Below, in pieces: positions 61,070 through 64,000 of a DNA stretch of 64,000 nt. Source of the stretch: the human T2T-CHM13v2.0 reference genome, Homo sapiens; the NCBI RefSeq assembly GCF_009914755.1, contig NC_060926.1; one strand, written 5' to 3'. The position numbers were made by a program, and so were the translations under genes. The number at the start of each line of letters is the position of its first letter. Within the stretch, counting starts at the first letter, position 1. The notes beneath the pieces are model-generated. The model was not told the DNA's origin. It saw nothing but the letters and a program-made list of their open reading frames with translations, and did not search any database.

Positions 61070-61758
61070 TGAAACCACCTTTGCAAAATTATGACTGAGA
61101 CAGTGAAAGAGATCTGACTTCATAGACTCCATCTTGCTTCTAACCTCCAAGCTATCCTTGTTCATTCCTGGGTGTAGGCTGAACTAACTTTGGGAGAAAC
61201 TTAATTCATTGTTTATAGCTTAAAACAAAGATGATAACAGCCCTTTCCCAAAGTAGACCTCCTTCTTGCCTGGGGACTAAATTGCCTTGTAGGACTAATA
61301 TTAGCCACAAGATTAGAAATTATGGTTTGGGAGTCATGCAGCTGGAGGCCGCAAGATTCTGACCCTCCCTAAACTTCTCCTAAGATCAGTGCTTGAGATA
61401 TTTTGCAGACCCTGCACTTGATGGACCAGCTGGCACCGCCCAGACTGATAAACTGATTCACCTGATCTTGCAGCCCCCACCTAGGAACTGACTCCGCGCA
61501 AGAAGACAGCTCAGACTCCCTGATTTCGTCTCTGACCAATCAGCACTCCTGGCTCACTGGCTTCCCCCCACCCACCAAGTTGTCCTTAAAAACTCTGCTC
61601 CCCGAATGCTGGGGGAAACTGATTTGAGTAATGATAAAACTCTGGTCTCCTGCACAGCCAGCTCTATGTGAATTACCCTTTCTCTACTGCAATCCCCCTG
61701 TCTTGATAAATTGGCTCTGTCTAGGCAGCAGGCAAGGTGAACCCCTTGGGCAGCTATA
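61070..61758 (+). mobile_element. LTR8-family solo LTR (ERV1), 689 bp
   Basis: TGAAACCACCTTTGCAAAATTATGACTGAGACAG start; perfect 4-bp TSD CTAT (61066-61069, 61759-61762). Confidence 0.9.
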
Positions 61759-62964
61759 CTATTAGGACAAAAAAATCCCACTTACTTCCTCCTCCTTGTT
61801 TAAAGATGAAGTTAGTGAAGTAAGCCAAACTTCATTGCAGGACCCCCAGTAACCCCTCCTGAACCCCTCCCTACACACATTCAAGGGTGGCCAGACCCAG
61901 ACCAAGGAGGGACTGAGCATCAGGAGTTTTGTGTAACTTTTTATGGGTAAGATGAAGCCTTCAGGGCCTCAGAATGAAAAGTTTACGAGAAGAAAGAACT
62001 TTAGCCAGGTCTACTAACTTGTCCCCTGCCCCACCTCCACTGGAGTCTGCCCTGGTTGCCAAGGCTGGTTTGGTTCAGTCTTTGTGTTTTTCTCAGTTTG
62101 TTGTAACTGGCAGGGTCCTGACAACCTGAGGGACTTCACAGTGGCATCAGGCCCATGTAGGGTCTGCTATGGCCATGATGCTCTGTGTCACACTGGTCCT
62201 AGAGATCCCACACCAGGCAGTGGGAGCAATGCCCAGGACCAGGCCCAGCTCCCCAAGGACTGTTGGGCAAGAGGGTGGTTTTGGTCATAGTCAGAGTTTA
62301 GTTGAGAGCCTACTTTATGCAAGTAGAGACAGACTGGCCACTGCCATTTCTATCCTTCTAGGGGGAAAACATCACATTTTTGGAAACTCAGCCACATGGA
62401 AATATAAAAACTGGAGGCCATTAATCAAGAGTTGGAAAGTGCCAACTCTTTATTTGGGCTTAAAATACAGGCTTTTTAGAAGAGGACGTAAAGAGAAATC
62501 TAAACATTCAGAACAAGTTGAGTTGACAGCTGGCATTGCAAGAAACATTCAGTCTTTAGAAGATGCACCAAAATATATCCGATATCAAGTATCTGCAACC
62601 AAAACAGCCTTCAAAATACATCAAAGGAAACAGAGTACCTTTAGACAGCATGAAGCATGACCTGGATGACCATGGTGGTATTCAGGGGTGTGTGAGGCTG
62701 CTTTCGCAAGAAACCAGAGAAGGAAGAGTGAGTGAGCATATTAAGCAGAATGAAATATAGAAAACTCTGAAGGAGATCAGATCAAGCCTCTAGGTGACCA
62801 CTTGCTTAAAGAGGAGTGATTGGGCGGCCTTCCTGGGAGAAGGCAGCATGGATGGTGGGAGCTCAGAACTGGGTAGAACAACTGCATTCGAAAACCAGCG
62901 GCTCCTAGATTATTCAAAAGGAGTTTGAAGAAGTGAATGCAACTCAAAGAATTCTTATAAAACA

Positions 62965-63288
<324 letters not shown>

Positions 63289-63942
63289 TAAAACACCTTA
63301 AAAGAAATCAAATGTACACTAAATTAGCTGAAGGAGATGAAATGATCGATGCCCTCATATTTAAAATCTACAAACTGAGACAGCCTCACTGAAGTCAGAC
63401 AAACACAGAAAGGGGAGGTAACAGCTCCAGCAAAAGGAGAGGTAACAGCTCCAGCAGGAACTCCAAGTCCTTCCTGAATTGCATCAAGAAAAAGAAATCA
63501 GTGTGCATCAAATAGCCAATTTAGAGAGAATTTGCCCTTTAATAATAGAGGAGACTATTTCCGAAGCAGATGGCAAGATCAAGCATGCTGGAGACTTATA
63601 AAGTACAAGCCCAAATTCTGTCAGAAAAATGCAGAAGGATCATAAGCTGTTACTCAAGCTAGCCTATTTCCTGTAAGAGAAAAAACCCACGATAATAGGC
63701 TGAGAGCTCTGTTGGCTGGAAAAAAAAAAAAAAAAAAACCTTAGAAACTTAAGAAAAATTGTACTTTAGTAAAAATTATTGGAGAAGAATGTTAATGCTT
63801 TTAAGAGTATGCCTGCAACCCTGATGTTCCAAATGGGTATTTGGCCAAGGCCAAGAGAACCACCAAGCAGGGCTGCCACATTAAACACAGGACAGCCAGC
63901 TAAATTTGACAGACTCATACTACACAAATTATCATTATTTTA

Positions 63943-64000
63943 TTCTTTGAGACAGGGTCTCATTCTGTCACCCAGGCCGGAGTGCTGTGGTGCGATCACA
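63943..64000 (-). mobile_element. Alu (partial, window edge)
   Basis: gagacagggtctcattctgtcacccagg. Confidence 0.8.

Noticed and set aside
62169-62660. 163-aa ORF outside obvious repeats
   Set aside because: No recognisable homology or domain and no supporting splice or promoter context; would need Ribo-seq/PhyloCSF support

Overview
Primate genomic DNA, most likely human; Alu/L1PA/THE1/LTR8 content fits, but great apes cannot be excluded from sequence alone. The window holds the 3' part of CAB39 (MO25-alpha, scaffold of the LKB1-STRAD complex) on the + strand. Seven coding exons (14007-41829) with GT-AG boundaries splice in frame to 303 aa plus stop, the C-terminal part of the 341-aa protein; the first 38 codons lie upstream of the window. 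A ~2.4 kb 3'UTR ends near 44200. The rest is intronic or intergenic and rich in repeats: about 24 Alus, a 3.3 kb 5'-truncated L1PA with TSD, old L1M/L2/CR1(L3)/MIR remnants, solo LTRs and DNA-transposon MITEs. A CpG island with a degenerate minisatellite lies ~7 kb downstream of the gene. I found no convincing previously undescribed multi-gene system. The best leads are RNA-processing and regulatory ones: a reconstitutable 5' splice site at the start of exon 5 next to a perfect CTCF motif, a strong acceptor-like sequence and a stop-proximal AATAAA in the terminal exon, a T29 tract at the exon 7 acceptor, and a long CR1 ORF2 fossil split by an L1. Exon numbers assume one non-coding and one coding exon upstream. 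Repeat family names are recognised from memory, and boundaries without TSD evidence are approximate.
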